A DNA stretch of 63,894 bases, counting the filler, from Phoronis australis (lineage: Eukaryota > Animalia > Phoronida): the NCBI GenBank assembly GCA_002633005.1. It is 11 parts of 11 records of this genome, joined end to end, with 100 filler letters (N's around TTAATTAATTAA, not from the genome) between each part and the next. Parts side by side here need not be neighbours in the genome. Positions count along the whole stretch, not along the records: positions 48,920 to 50,927 come from NMRA01003900.1; positions 51,028 to 59,099 come from NMRA01001940.1; positions 59,200 to 62,358 come from NMRA01003182.1; positions 62,459 to 63,894 come from NMRA01000332.1; 7 more parts are not named here. One strand, written 5' to 3'. The translations under genes were made by a program, and so were the position numbers. The notes beneath the pieces were generated by a model, which was not told the origin of the DNA, made no database searches, and saw nothing but the letters and a program-made list of their open reading frames with translations. This document shows, one piece after another, positions 50,301 to 62,526 of the stretch; within the stretch, counting starts at the first letter, position 1; each line of letters opens with the position of its first letter.

Positions 50301-52169
50301 CACAACAACATTTTACAACCTACAGTCAGGGTTAATGAGTTGATTGTTTCTATAATTTGTTTTTAAGATTTATATACTAAATGTGGAATTTTAATCACAT
50401 TTTAGATTACATAACATAAAAGTTGGTGTGTTTTTCATAAAAGGCTTTAGTTAAATTTTCATAATAAATTTCACAAACTCAATTATTTTTCTGTAAAATA
50501 TGTTCATTTGAGGTATCAAAAGTAACATTTGTTAAAAAAATATGTTATTCTGGTGGAGTTATTGGCTTATTCATTATACAAACCCTTAATAAAATTGGGC
50601 AGGAAGTGTCTTTTTTCTCTGCTATTGGAGATATTATTAGTTGTTCCCAAGCATCGATTTCGCCTGCTGCTGGCATGTATTGAGAATTGGCTTCTGATTT
50701 CACCTGAATTTGATGAAAAGCAAATAGGATTGTGTAACAAAAAGTTATTGATTAAATTTTAATAGTTAGGACCCACAATTTGGTTAATATGCATGCTTTT
50801 TATGAACATAGGTAACTGATTTTAGAGGAAATTAGTGCCTGCAAACAAAAAGATAGTGATCTGCAGTCACTTGTTCTTAGCCAGGCTTGGAAGATTTCAT
50901 ACTGAGATGAGCTTTCTGGAATGTATTNNNNNNNNNNNNNNNNNNNNNNNNNNNNNNNNNNNNNNNNNNNNTTAATTAATTAANNNNNNNNNNNNNNNNN
51001 NNNNNNNNNNNNNNNNNNNNNNNNNNNGGACAAGAACTAAAAACAGTCAGATGATGAGGGTTCAACACCGAGACACGAAGTGCTTTGATCATGCCTAACA
51101 ACACGGTTTATCACCGTGTGAACAAAGGGCTATTGTGAGTAATGAATGGTGTAAGGAACTCTCCAAATATGTTATGGGGAATCACACATGAAACAATTGA
51201 TTTTAAAGCTGCTATAAGCCAGCTTTATGGCAACAACTTTTGATTTAAATCACTTATCGTTATGAACCTGGTATCAATTTGTTACTTACTTAGATTAGGG
51301 TCCGGTATCAAATCCTTTTACTAGAAATTGAACTCGAACATAAAATTGGCATTTAGCATTCTCCTTTATTGCAAACTCACGATAATTCTCTATCATTCTG
51401 TGCTTAGGTATGTTATGGATTATGCCAACCACTGTTTAGTCCACATTCACATTTAATGACCCCATGACACGAGCTGCAAACTCGAGAAAAAGGTCAAGAT
51501 ATCAAGTAAAAATTGAAATCTCGAATTCATACTCGAGCTTATGGTTGTAATGCTGGGGTTATCAAGTGCAAAATAGGATTACACAGTCATTTACGTAAAC
51601 CATGATATACTCGAGCACACAAAAATAGACATTTATCTTAAGTTCATGAGAAAAGAGAAGGGAAAACATTAAGAATAAGTTGAGTTGGATTTCGAGTAAA
51701 AAGATTAGATCTCGTCCCACGGGGATTTCTTGGCTTACTTGGACTAGGCTCAATAGGTTGGATTGTCACCGTGATTCATTTTACATGCAGAGCCTCGTCT
51801 TGAGCAATAGCCAGCGGTCAGTCCTTTGCAAGCCTTGAAATCTCCGTCTCCTCTGAGTAAGGAACGAGACAACGGACCACAATGGAGTTATTGTGCTATC
51901 TGCATTTCTCACTTGTACTTACTTATTTTCATTTGTCTTGAATTTTTACTTGTATTTTTTGTACTTGTGTGAGCTAAATAAAACATTAAGAAAATAAAAA
52001 ATAGTAAAACAGCGGTAAGTGATCTAAATTAAAAGTTCTAATTTTCTTTTGCACAAGGCCGGTATACTAAAGCTTTAACCAACATTTCCACAAAGCATTC
52101 ATAGTAATCACATCATGTACAGTCATCTCTTTGTAAAAGTTGTTACAGTACAACGCTACATTGTCTTAC

Positions 52170-52253
52170 ACTCCCACAGCCATGTCCAGGCCCTCCCCCA
52201 GCGACAGCGGGACCTTTCCAATTGTTCTCTTTTTGTTGATTTTGGCAAAAACC
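52170..52253 (-). CDS. XRCC6: Ku70 exon
   Basis: (R)VFAKINKKRTIGKVPLSLGEGLDMAVG(V); AG/GT boundaries, phase consistent. Confidence 0.85.
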
Positions 52254-53339
52254 CTGAAAACACAAGATAAATTGTGACTAACATAAGTTCCAGATCTAAT
52301 GCCTCTTGGCGCTTTCTGGGTTATGTATATTCATTGTATTCTGAAGATTTCGTAATAAAAATTAAAAAAAAAAAAAAAAAACTAACATAAGTTGCTTCTT
52401 AACTTAAAGTTACATGGTATAGGTGTTTGTTCATGCACTTATCCCACAAATAAGTGACTCAGTTTGATTGGATATGACTTTACTTATACAAACTGTACTC
52501 CGCATACACGGCTTGACTGCTGGGTCGAGACGTGCAACCGGGATTTTGCAATTTTGACGTAGAAAACCGTACCAGTCGGCGTAATTACACTCGAAATCGA
52601 TAATGGTGGACCTGGCTTTCAAGCAATTTTCTACCTGGTGTATGTGAAAAGCTTACTGTTATTGAAATGGAGCAAACCTTCAAGATTTTAAAGTGAGTGT
52701 TGTGTTTAAAGAAAACAATTGCAGACGTGTGCAGGCCGGTCAGGTGGGTCCACTGCATTGATGACCTGGAACCATTTTTATGCTTTATCATTAAAACTGA
52801 ACTGAATAGCTACAGACCTGAATCAATTGTCAAGCAGCATGCCTCAGTGGGACTCGAAGTCACAACGTTGAGAAAAGGAGCAGACATTTACCACATTAGG
52901 CAACATTGCCTCCTCTAATGTAGTGTTTTGATGTTGCGTTGAAAATTTTGAGAACAGTGATAATTATGCAAACAATAAGAAAAGGAAGGTGACTCACACC
53001 TGCGCTCAAAATTTGAAAGTAAATCTAAAGATAACAGAAATCAAATTTAAGTGAATTCAACAGCAAATATTTGCAATTTCTTTGCTTGTTATTCAAAACA
53101 GCAAATAGAAGCAAATTTTCAACTGATAACCCGACAAAAAAACTGAAACCAGCGTCCCTAGCGGAGATTTTAGGAACTGCTTTTTTCGACCTGGAATTCC
53201 TGGATTGGACTGCAAATGTCAAATTTGGACCGAGAATTATTTGGAGGTTGAAATTGTTGACCTTGAAACTTTTCCTGGCAAATGTCATTACACACTCCTC
53301 AAACTAATTTCCACTTAAACACCTCATATAGTATAGTAC

Positions 53340-53518
53340 CTTTTCTGCAGTTGTTCCACTTGTTCTGCAGCATCCTGTACGTCCTCACTATCGTTGTAGA
53401 ACAGCAGGTCCTTGTAAAACTTGTCGACGGAGAACAGCGCACCCTGTCGGTGCATGTGCAGGAGCTGCAACTCGATGCCCATTTCCTGCAGGTCTGCTGC
53501 CTTCGTCTTGGCCTGGTT
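53340..53518 (-). CDS. XRCC6: Ku70 exon
   Basis: NQAKTKAADLQEMGIELQLLHMHRQGALFSVDKFYKDLLFYNDSEDVQDAAEQVEQLQK, matching Ku70 ARTKAGDL...F.ISLFYRDI. Confidence 0.92.
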
Positions 53519-54213
53519 CTGGAAGCAGACGATTAATAACTGAGCAGACGGAATATTGGATAGAGAAAGAAAAATATACAACTTACTAAGTTGCAGGGTT
53601 GATGTTCATAACATTGATTACATTGTTCTTCTGTACGTTACTGTGAATACAATAAGTGTATAAAAAAAACATTACTCTGAGCATTACTAAGACGCAAGGT
53701 ACTTTTAATTTGCACTGACTTTTGAAGAAGACAAAGCATTGGATGATAAGCAAAGTAGCGACATGGATATACATGGTACTAGACCTACTTCCTCTTTGTT
53801 TGTGGGAGACAGGAAAATTAAAGCACTATGGATACTGATTGGATATACACAGACGTCTGCCGTCTACGACTGGACTGGCTCTGTAAGCGGACAGACAGTC
53901 TGATGGGTAATGCAAATCTTCTAAAATGAGTAAAGAGACAACTTCCATTTTTCCTGGCCTGAATCTAACAGCACACATGAGCCAGGACAAAAATGATAAT
54001 AATCGAGACAAAGAAATAATAAGTGATTGGCAAGGTTTATAAAAGCTGACAATGCAAGAAGCTGACAAAATGTTGAACAGAGATAAGAATAAGTGTTGAA
54101 TATGCCAGTCGGTTGACTTCGACTCACTGGCTTCACCATGAATAAGTGATTTAACCAAGTATATGAACTCTTGACCCCTTGATTGCCACCCACAAGACCC
54201 TCCACAGACGTAC

Positions 54214-54292
54214 CTTCAACTGTTGATTGCCAGCGTGAGGGTCGTCATTACAGGTGAATAGCATGATCTTCTTGGAACCAAGTTTTTTTGAA
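54214..54292 (-). CDS. XRCC6: Ku70 exon
   Basis: SKKLGSKKIMLFTCNDDPHAGNQQLK, the vWA-domain KRIMLFTNEDNPH motif. Confidence 0.92.
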
Positions 54293-55119
54293 CTGGAAAG
54301 GAGAGTCATGTGATGCACTTGCACAACACTGCTTAAAATTCTCATGAGTTGCGTGCACAAGATCATGAACACTTCTTTTTCAAAGTAAACTGGACGTCGA
54401 AATTTGATGGACGTTTCGATGCATGGACTAGAGATTAAATAACCATTTACTTTCAGCAACAACCTGGATCAATTCTGGAAAAATCTCGACAAAATCTTGA
54501 CAGGTGTTGCTTCACACACTTACTCCGAATTGCGACAATTCAATGTGCAACAATGTCACATTAAACTTTGAATAAAGTTCAACAAATTAAAAGCTCTATT
54601 ACACTGCCACCTAATTCTGACAAGAAGTTTGTCCAAGTTTGACAGAGTCTGCCAGAGTTCTGTCTAGTTTATTTTGAAAACTACCGTATTCACATACGTC
54701 GATATAGGGTCTTTGCTACTATAAAACTGATCCTAGCGTATTCCTCTTGCACTTTGGAAGAACTGAAAGTTCATTATTGTTTGAGATCAGGCGCCACAAC
54801 TTGATTTGTCACAGCGTCTTAATTTATGCGTCTAGCAAGATCTCGAGCACTACCAAAAATGTCAGTTCTTCTGGCCAACTGTAAAAATTGCAAATTTGAA
54901 AATGGCGCATGTATGCAATGCAGGCGACTTGAGTTGATGTCAGAACTGGAATCCTATCACAGCCAGGAATATCCTGTGACTGAATTGATGAGACTAAAAA
55001 GTCCTAATTTGATTTTCGTTTTTTAACCAGCTGAAAAGGGAGAAATAAAGCTTTCAAGTTCCATTTACAAGATCACTGACATTCGATCAAGACTCCTGAT
55101 TCCACAATCCTTCCCTTAC

Positions 55120-55216
55120 CATTTGGAAAATGTATTGGAGCAGGTCCACAGAACATCACTGAGGGAGAAGTCGGCACTGTGGCCATATTTCTGACCGAAT
55201 GTTGAGCTGTTCACGT
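55120..55216 (-). CDS. XRCC6: Ku70 exon
   Basis: (D)VNSSTFGQKYGHSADFSLSDVLWTCSNTFSK(C), matching GHGSDYSLSEVLWVC. Confidence 0.92.
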
Positions 55217-55687
55217 CTGCAAAAAACAAAAAGCGTCACGCTAAAGCTCTAAATATCGCAACAATACAAACACGTGCCACGAACCTAATTTTGTGCGAAT
55301 TTCACTAGATCATGCGATTCTTTACATAATGCCACGCTGATGAAATTTTAAGAAGCGTCATAAAAATTCCAGTCATGAAATAAGACAGGTTAGCATTTCT
55401 TCTTTACTGTGTTTATACTGAAGTTGTAATGAACCTTACAGGTGTTATTTTTGGCTCATTAAACAGCTCCATTCTTATTCTACCTTTTTTGAAGTAGGCC
55501 ATTTTTTGACTCACCAAAGAACCGCTCAACATAGCATTTACACTATACCATCACAATTTCTGCCAATAGTTTACACGTCTGTGTCATTCAGTATTCAAGC
55601 TTGCAGTAGTCTCTGATGGTGTTTCAACAGTTAACCACTAGTACCCAAAGCCTACAGGCTCCCAGGATCCAGCGGTGTTTAACATAC

Positions 55688-55790
55688 CTTTCAATAAAGT
55701 GTCGAGTGCCAGAACTTCATCTGCACCAGGTTGCCCAAGATCTTGGAACACAAAGATGTTCTTAAAGTCACTGTTATTCTTTGACTTTTC
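55688..55790 (-). CDS. XRCC6: Ku70 exon (most 5' exon found)
   Basis: EKSKNNSDFKNIFVFQDLGQPGADEVLALDTLLK, matching [23 protein letters not shown]. Confidence 0.92.
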
Positions 55791-56812
55791 CTGCAACAGT
55801 AGGAAAGCAACTGCTAAGAGTTATTCATTAACTAAAATCTGCGTCTTTAAAATTGCCGCACCTTCATTGTTTACCACTGAAACCAGACACCATAGTATGA
55901 GTTTTCACACAATTTTGAATTTTTCCAGAAACACGTTGGTGTCATTGGCATTTGACTGGCAACATTTCTGAGTAATTTTGAATAATATTGTAACCGTCTC
56001 ATTCGGCAAAATCGGGTCCAGCAACTATAATAGAAGAGCCATTTTACAGAAATCATACATTATGATAATGCAACAAATTAACATAAACTTTGTACACTCT
56101 TCAGAGAGACCACAATTTCTCAGAATCATTGTTTGATGGCAGCTATGGCAGCTTTACATTCATGAAAAATAAAGAAATGATATGTTGCGCCCTAAACTTT
56201 TGAGATTTTACCGTAATTTTGCACACAGCAGAAGAAACAGCTCAAGTTAAAGACTTAGGTGGTGAACTGTGAATTTCGCAATACATTATACTTGGTGCAG
56301 GGTGAACATTACAGGCAGTATTCCTGTCAAACTTTCCCCGTCTTTAAACTACTGTAGATAACAATAGGGGAGATAAGTCTCATTTATTGTGCAATGGGGG
56401 AGATAAGTTTCATTTATTGTCAGCGTGTCAGCAGTATTGCATTAAAGCAAAATAGCTTTCAAAAGTCTATGAATTATTTATGGTAAAATGTCATTGATTT
56501 TGAAAACAATTTGGCAATAATTAACAGATATGGCATACGGAGCACCAAACTGTAAGTAAAATGCCTTTAACATTTGATGAGGTTTAATAAGCTCTCAAAA
56601 AGGACATTAGCAAACCGTTGCAAAGAAGACAATCCCAATGAAATCTCTCTCGCTTGAGATGATTTTCTCTTTCATCACATTCTGGCAACACTGAAAAACA
56701 AACATATAATATGTTTTCCATCAAACGAGTAAAACAATATAAAATATTTACAATACAAATAAAACACAAATCAATTTTAATTCAAGCACTGCTCTTGCTT
56801 GCCCTTTGAGGG

Positions 56813-59005
56813 CAGGGCTCGACATAACGAGCTGCAGGTCGCATTTGCGACCTGAAATTTGGAAATGCCAGCTAAGATTTTTGTCAGCTCGTATCAAGTC
56901 GCAAAATGCGACCTGGAATTTCAAACGAATGCGAGCTGATTTTTTACACATCTCAGCAGATACCTGGCAAATACAAAGCAGCTCTTGTTAATCCGATCGT
57001 TATTTGGTTGTTGCCAAATCCGAGTTCAAAAGAACACTAACCGAGAACAGCCCTCCCGATGACTTGTAGGCAAGTCGCGTGAACTTGGGATATGCAGAAT
57101 CGATCTTTGATGCGTTTCATTGGCTAACACTTTCGGCCACTTTTGTAAATTCCCGGATTCGCCGAAGAAAGTTTCGGGCCACTGCTTAACACGTGATAAA
57201 ACTTCAAAAACAACGGTGTTTCTATTAATTCTTAAGCGATCAACTTACCAAACTTTGTGATGGACAAAAATATTATTTTTCACATAAGATGTCCTTATTA
57301 CATGTACCAAATATCCACGACAATATCCCTGATATCGCACTGCGGCACCGTTAGCGCGAAAGCGGTCCCGGCAGACAATCGTGACTTAGACTGAGATGTG
57401 CTTCTCCTTTTTATCGTATTAAGACAGCAAAAGTGAAAATGACAACCTTATTAATCGCCAAACGACGGTCGTGTCTTTTCTTTCAGTTGCCAAGAAATTC
57501 TCAAACCCTTTACTTGTTTCTGGGGTTACGTGCGCGAAATATGATTTGTCTTTCACACGTACGTTGTTGCCAACGTAAAGTGTGGGCCTACTCCAGTGAT
57601 TCAAGTGCGTGAACTCACGCGTGCGCACCACTTCAAAGAACAGCGACAGTCCTAAATGAAAGAGTATACCGGCTTGGCTCTGGTTTATTTGAAAATGAAC
57701 TCAGATTTCCAGCGGTTATAAAAGACCCGATGTCCCAGGACCGATATAACCTAGAACTGACGTTTTCCTGTTCCGATGTTTCCCGAGGTCGATGTTCTGT
57801 AAACCCTGTATTCTATGCCCGTAGCCAGCTATTGCAGCTAAACTGGCACTATATGCGAAATTGTGGTTCAAGTTAGTGAACTTTTCATTNCTTTTCGCTC
57901 CTCGAACCACTGTCGCCGTAAAATGTTCAGACTCCTGTAGAAACAACCTTGTTCCGGCTGAAGCGGGCAGTTAACAACAAAATCATTCCGGGTGGCTAAA
58001 AAAGGTACAATGTAGGTGGTAACGATATCCAGAAAGTCACACCTACTAGATGGAGCTTGCCTCGCAAAATCGTATTATTATAGCGTTTCTTACCATTGCA
58101 GCGTTTTAATATCTTATTACCGCAAACACTGAGGTTAACGTCTATGCTCATGCACAAGCCTACTCCCTACCTTTAAAGTGTTTCATAATAAGCGCTCACT
58201 GATCTATTAAAAGTACCCCCTTAAATTTTGAGAAATTCCAATTAAGCGCCCACAGTTCAAGCTAGCGCCCATCATAGCGCACTACAAATGACCGCGTGTG
58301 GTTTAAAATTGACACGCAGCTTATATGGTGTGTCACTTTCATTTTACACAACTTCAGTTTTCAAAAACGTCTTTTCACAATATGTAAAAACCAAATCCCG
58401 GCTTTGTTTTATACCTCGGAAAGAAAGTTAATGCTATGAGATCTGGCCCACCGACTACAGTGACATGCGTGTCGTTTTGTGACTGACCTACTTTTTCCGT
58501 ACTTGGAAGGTATTAAAGAGCAAACTCGCCACTACCCAAGTAACATGTAGTTTGAATCTTTAACGACTTTGATGACAGCCAGTAGCAGGCCAGACCTAAC
58601 AAAATTCCGGATACTTTTTCAACGGGCATTTTCTCCCTTTTCACATCGCAAATTTAGCTACTCGAATGCACAAGTCAGTTAGAGAGCACTGATTCAACTT
58701 TCACGTCGGCAACTTGCCTTGCGCTCTAGAGTCTTTCAATGGCGGTCGTGAAGAACAGTAAGGCCGTACCTGCATGAATGAAGTCAATTTTGAGATCCGA
58801 AATTTGTGAATATTTAACGCTGCAGGTAGGAGCATAATCTAAACATTTTCTCGATGATCTAAAAAATCTATTTTGGCGTGTAAAAATGGCGGGAAAATTT
58901 TGCGACCTCGCATTTACGAATGCGAGCTGGATTTTGAAAATGCGACCTGGGATTTTGGCTAGGTCGCAAAATGCGACCTGGCAATTTTAATAGCGTCGAG
59001 CCCTG
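56813..59005 (+). mobile_element. Non-autonomous hAT-like element, family D (5-bp TSD)
   Basis: TIRs CAGGGCTCGAC / GTCGAGCCCTG; subterminal TGCGACCT/AGGTCGCA repeats at both ends; flanked by GAGGG on both sides. Confidence 0.85.
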
Positions 59006-59375
59006 GAGGGAGTGCAAAGGCCAAAATCTTTCTTCCTATTTTTTATCGAACTTAGTGTGGCGAAATGACTGAAAATAGATTTAGGGAAGAACATTGCTCN
59101 NNNNNNNNNNNNNNNNNNNNNNNNNNNNNNNNNNNNNNNNNNNTTAATTAATTAANNNNNNNNNNNNNNNNNNNNNNNNNNNNNNNNNNNNNNNNNNNNT
59201 CCGGGAAAATATGTCAGCTGATCTCTTGTGGATCGGCGTCTGTCACGGATTTACTGGTACTGCAAGCAAGTACTCCTAACATCACATATTGCAAGTGGCT
59301 ACTCTACCGTTAATATTTATGCAGCTCTTACTTTGCTGTATGTGTATGATCACTCAGAACTTTATTTTTTTTCAG

Positions 59376-59417
59376 CAGACAGTGTTATGCAAGTAGAAAC
59401 CCGTGATCTAGAAAGAA
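59376..59417 (+). CDS. Candidate small phase-1 exon upstream of the zinc-finger exon
   Basis: Poly-T-CAG acceptor, GTAAGC donor; DSVMQVETRDLER, frame-compatible with the downstream exons. Confidence 0.45.
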
Positions 59418-59674
59418 GTAAGCAGTCCTGAAAACTTTTTAGTGCTACTTATGTTCCCAACGACAGAAACCTTCAACTAAACAAAAGTTGTAGGTCTTGT
59501 AATTTATTGTTGTTTAAAAAACCGGTAATTGCACTTGATTTCTCTAAGGGTTTGGTATCCCAGGCAACATGACATAGTAGGTTAGGGCAAAAGCAGCGGA
59601 AATACTTGCAATAAATACGCTAAATTAGGAAATGAATGCTTATAAGGATCTTTATATTGTATTGTATTTTTCAG

Positions 59675-59749
59675 TAGACAACGTGACACAACATGATATT
59701 AGCCATTCTACTGAACAGCCCCCAGCACCCCACACAGACACAATTGCAG
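59675..59749 (+). CDS. Candidate small phase-1 exon upstream of the zinc-finger exon
   Basis: TTTTCAG acceptor, GTAAGG donor; DNVTQHDISHSTEQPPAPHTDTIA splices in frame to 59904. Confidence 0.55.
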
Positions 59750-59903
59750 GTAAGGCAACAGTTCACCATGGTCAACTTCCTAAAGTTTGCCTTTGGAATT
59801 CTGTTCAATGTCTCAAGTTTTGTGCAATTCAAAAAGGGCTATACCACTCAAATAGTACCTATGATAAGGTGGTGAATTGCTAATGTTGTGCTTTACATTT
59901 CAG

Positions 59904-60503
59904 CCAACTTAGACTGTGAATTTTGTGAGAAGTCCTTCAGCTGTAGAAGCTCTCTGAACAGGCACAAGCGAGTGCACATCAACGCTCAAGGATACAATTG
60001 CAATGAATGTGAAATGAAATTCCACACACAAGTCAAAGTCGACGACCACAACCGAACGGTGCATGGTGCACCCAAGTTACTCTGTGGTCGTTGTCCAAAG
60101 AAATTCATGACTGCACCTCCACTCACCAACAAAATACTGTTGTCCAACATGCGGCATGGATTTCAATACAAAAAAAAAATTATCACGCCACATCTCCGCC
60201 CACACTCCACAACTGAAGTGCAAGACTTGTGACCGCAGCTTCATGACAAGGCAGCACTTGGAGAGCCATGTCTTGGCAATGCACACCAATACTGCCTCTT
60301 TCAAGTGTGACAAGTGCAGTTTTTCTACAAAGCACTTGCGGTCCATTCAGCGTCATGCACTTGGCCACGCTGAAACAAGTGCTTTTTTGTGTTCAAAGTG
60401 TGGGAAAGGATTTAAACGAAAGGAGTATGTAAATAAGCATGCGCGAAGATGTAAAGGAAAAGAGGAGACTTGGAGTGTGGAAGTGAAAGTAGCGATTGTG
60501 TAA
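59904..60503 (+). pseudogene. C2H2 zinc-finger array (about 7 fingers), terminal exon with a frameshifting deletion in finger 3
   Basis: CEFC..HKRVH, CNEC..HNRTVH, CGRCPKKFMT (frameshift near 60113), CPTC..HISAH, CKTC..HVLAMH, CDKC..HALGH, CSKC..HARRC; stop at 60503, AATAAA at 60604. Confidence 0.8.
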
Positions 60504-62458
60504 ATACCTGTTTTGTTTTGTAAATATCCATTTTGTTAGTATCTATACTCAAGTGTACAGTAGGCTAGATTAGATCAGAGTTATGTTGATTGCTATAGTT
60601 TATAATAAACATATTGAAGATATTACATGTTTTTGTTATGAATACTTATATGGCTGCTGATGTGCATGGTTTTAAAACTTAAGACTATTCTACATTTTCA
60701 GTGGAGGTATCTGCCATTACACTTTGGACCATTTTCACTTTCCAATTGAAATATAATCTAATGTAAACCTTGCATTTACCGGGGTACCTGATAATCCAAT
60801 ACTCTTTTTTGACACATCTCATTCTTAAAAACATTTGGCAGTCTTTAACTATTCACATCGTTGCTTAAATCTAATTAATTTGACCAAGCGACCACAGAGA
60901 TNACCTCAAAAACAACTATTCAAGTACATCATAATGATTGTAATCACTTAAGTATATTAGGCGTTGTTGAACTAGATAGCCACTCGCCCAGTCGCCAATG
61001 CGAGTAAAAATGGTGCTAGGCGAGTAGGAGTTGACTTGCCGGTCGCCCAGGTGGCGAGCGAATTTCAATGCGCAAAAGCAATATATATCGTTTCCCAGAT
61101 GAATACGAATAATTTTCCTCCTCCTTGTGCTGTTTTTATCATGAATTTAAGGTTCAGTTTGGTCATCGTGTCGATGCTCCGGCAGTAAAAAACATCGGCG
61201 AAGTGCGACCCTACCGATTCAGTAGATGTCACCCGTTACGCGATTCGTCAAATCACAGTGTGTGGTCGTGCACAAAGAATTTGAGGACTAGTCCGAAACG
61301 AAGAAAAGGGGAGAAAGGTGGAAGACCGGTCCATGTGCTCATAGCAAATGAAATACCATATTTCTTGGAACTGATTCCTTTTTGTAATGTGCAATGTCAT
61401 TTTAGCCAAAATAATTTTTGTAACATAAGCGCCCATGCCCCTATAAGCGTCCCCACTCGTCTCCAGACTTCGCTAAAATAAGCGCCCAGTCCATGAATGT
61501 GTATATATTTGTGCGAAAAATGTCTTACCTCACAGTTCTAAAATTCTCCAGTAATGCATTCAATTTATCAATAATATCCGACAGTCCTGAAAAATCATTG
61601 TGCGCGGAATTTCTAGTAGACCACGAGCCTCGCCCCTATGTCGGTATTTAGCCGTGGCTGTACACTTCAAACCGGCCGCAGTGCTTCAAAAAGAACGCAA
61701 AAGATTTGCTGATCTTGCGAGGAAAGTGTCACACTATATGGTCTGGCCCTTCNGACACCGACTTTTTCAAGGCTGGCTGCGCGCATGCTTCGGGCCGTAA
61801 AAATTTCCGCGTTTTTCGCCATTGGTCATTCCAAGCCCCGATTGATGCTCAAGGCGTTGGCCGAAACTGTTAAGCACACAGCATGTTGCATTTGTCTGTT
61901 GCGTTTTTCCTTTGGCCTAACAGGTGTCGGTTAGAGGCTAGCTAGAACAAATAGATACATTGCATAAACAATCCCAGTATTGTTTTTTGTTCCGTCTGAA
62001 GAAAAATTAAATATCTTCTGAAAATGAACAAAAGAGTGCATTAGTAAAATCTACAAATTTTAAAGTGGTTTCAAAAAACAGTCGATAAATGCACCGATTT
62101 TCGTCTCAGTTCTTCGATGCGTGTTACTCCCGACAGGTTAGTACCTAAGGTACAGACGACCACTCTAGATTGGAACGCTAAGTCCCACGTGGCTGCGCTG
62201 CACGCGAAAGAAGATGGCGGACGACCATTGGAGCCTGACGACGATAGGTGTCCAGACTATATTCACCTATTTCACGAAAGTGCCATCTTCCCGCGCCATC
62301 TTTAAATACTGATCGAAAACGAGGCACACTGATAAAACCTCGTGAGTGATCATCAGCTNNNNNNNNNNNNNNNNNNNNNNNNNNNNNNNNNNNNNNNNNN
62401 NNTTAATTAATTAANNNNNNNNNNNNNNNNNNNNNNNNNNNNNNNNNNNNNNNNNNNN

Positions 62459-62526
62459 TCTAATTTTTGGGTCCTGGCCCGAGGGGGGGTTTAAACCCCC
62501 CGAACCCCCCCGTAGATCCGCCACTG
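62459..62526. mobile_element. Family B hAT terminus, copy 3
   Basis: TTTTGGGTCCTGGCCCGAGGGGGG...GTAGATCCGCCACTG matches 14141-14204; a related terminus TAGATCCGCCACTG ends at 49044. Confidence 0.8.
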
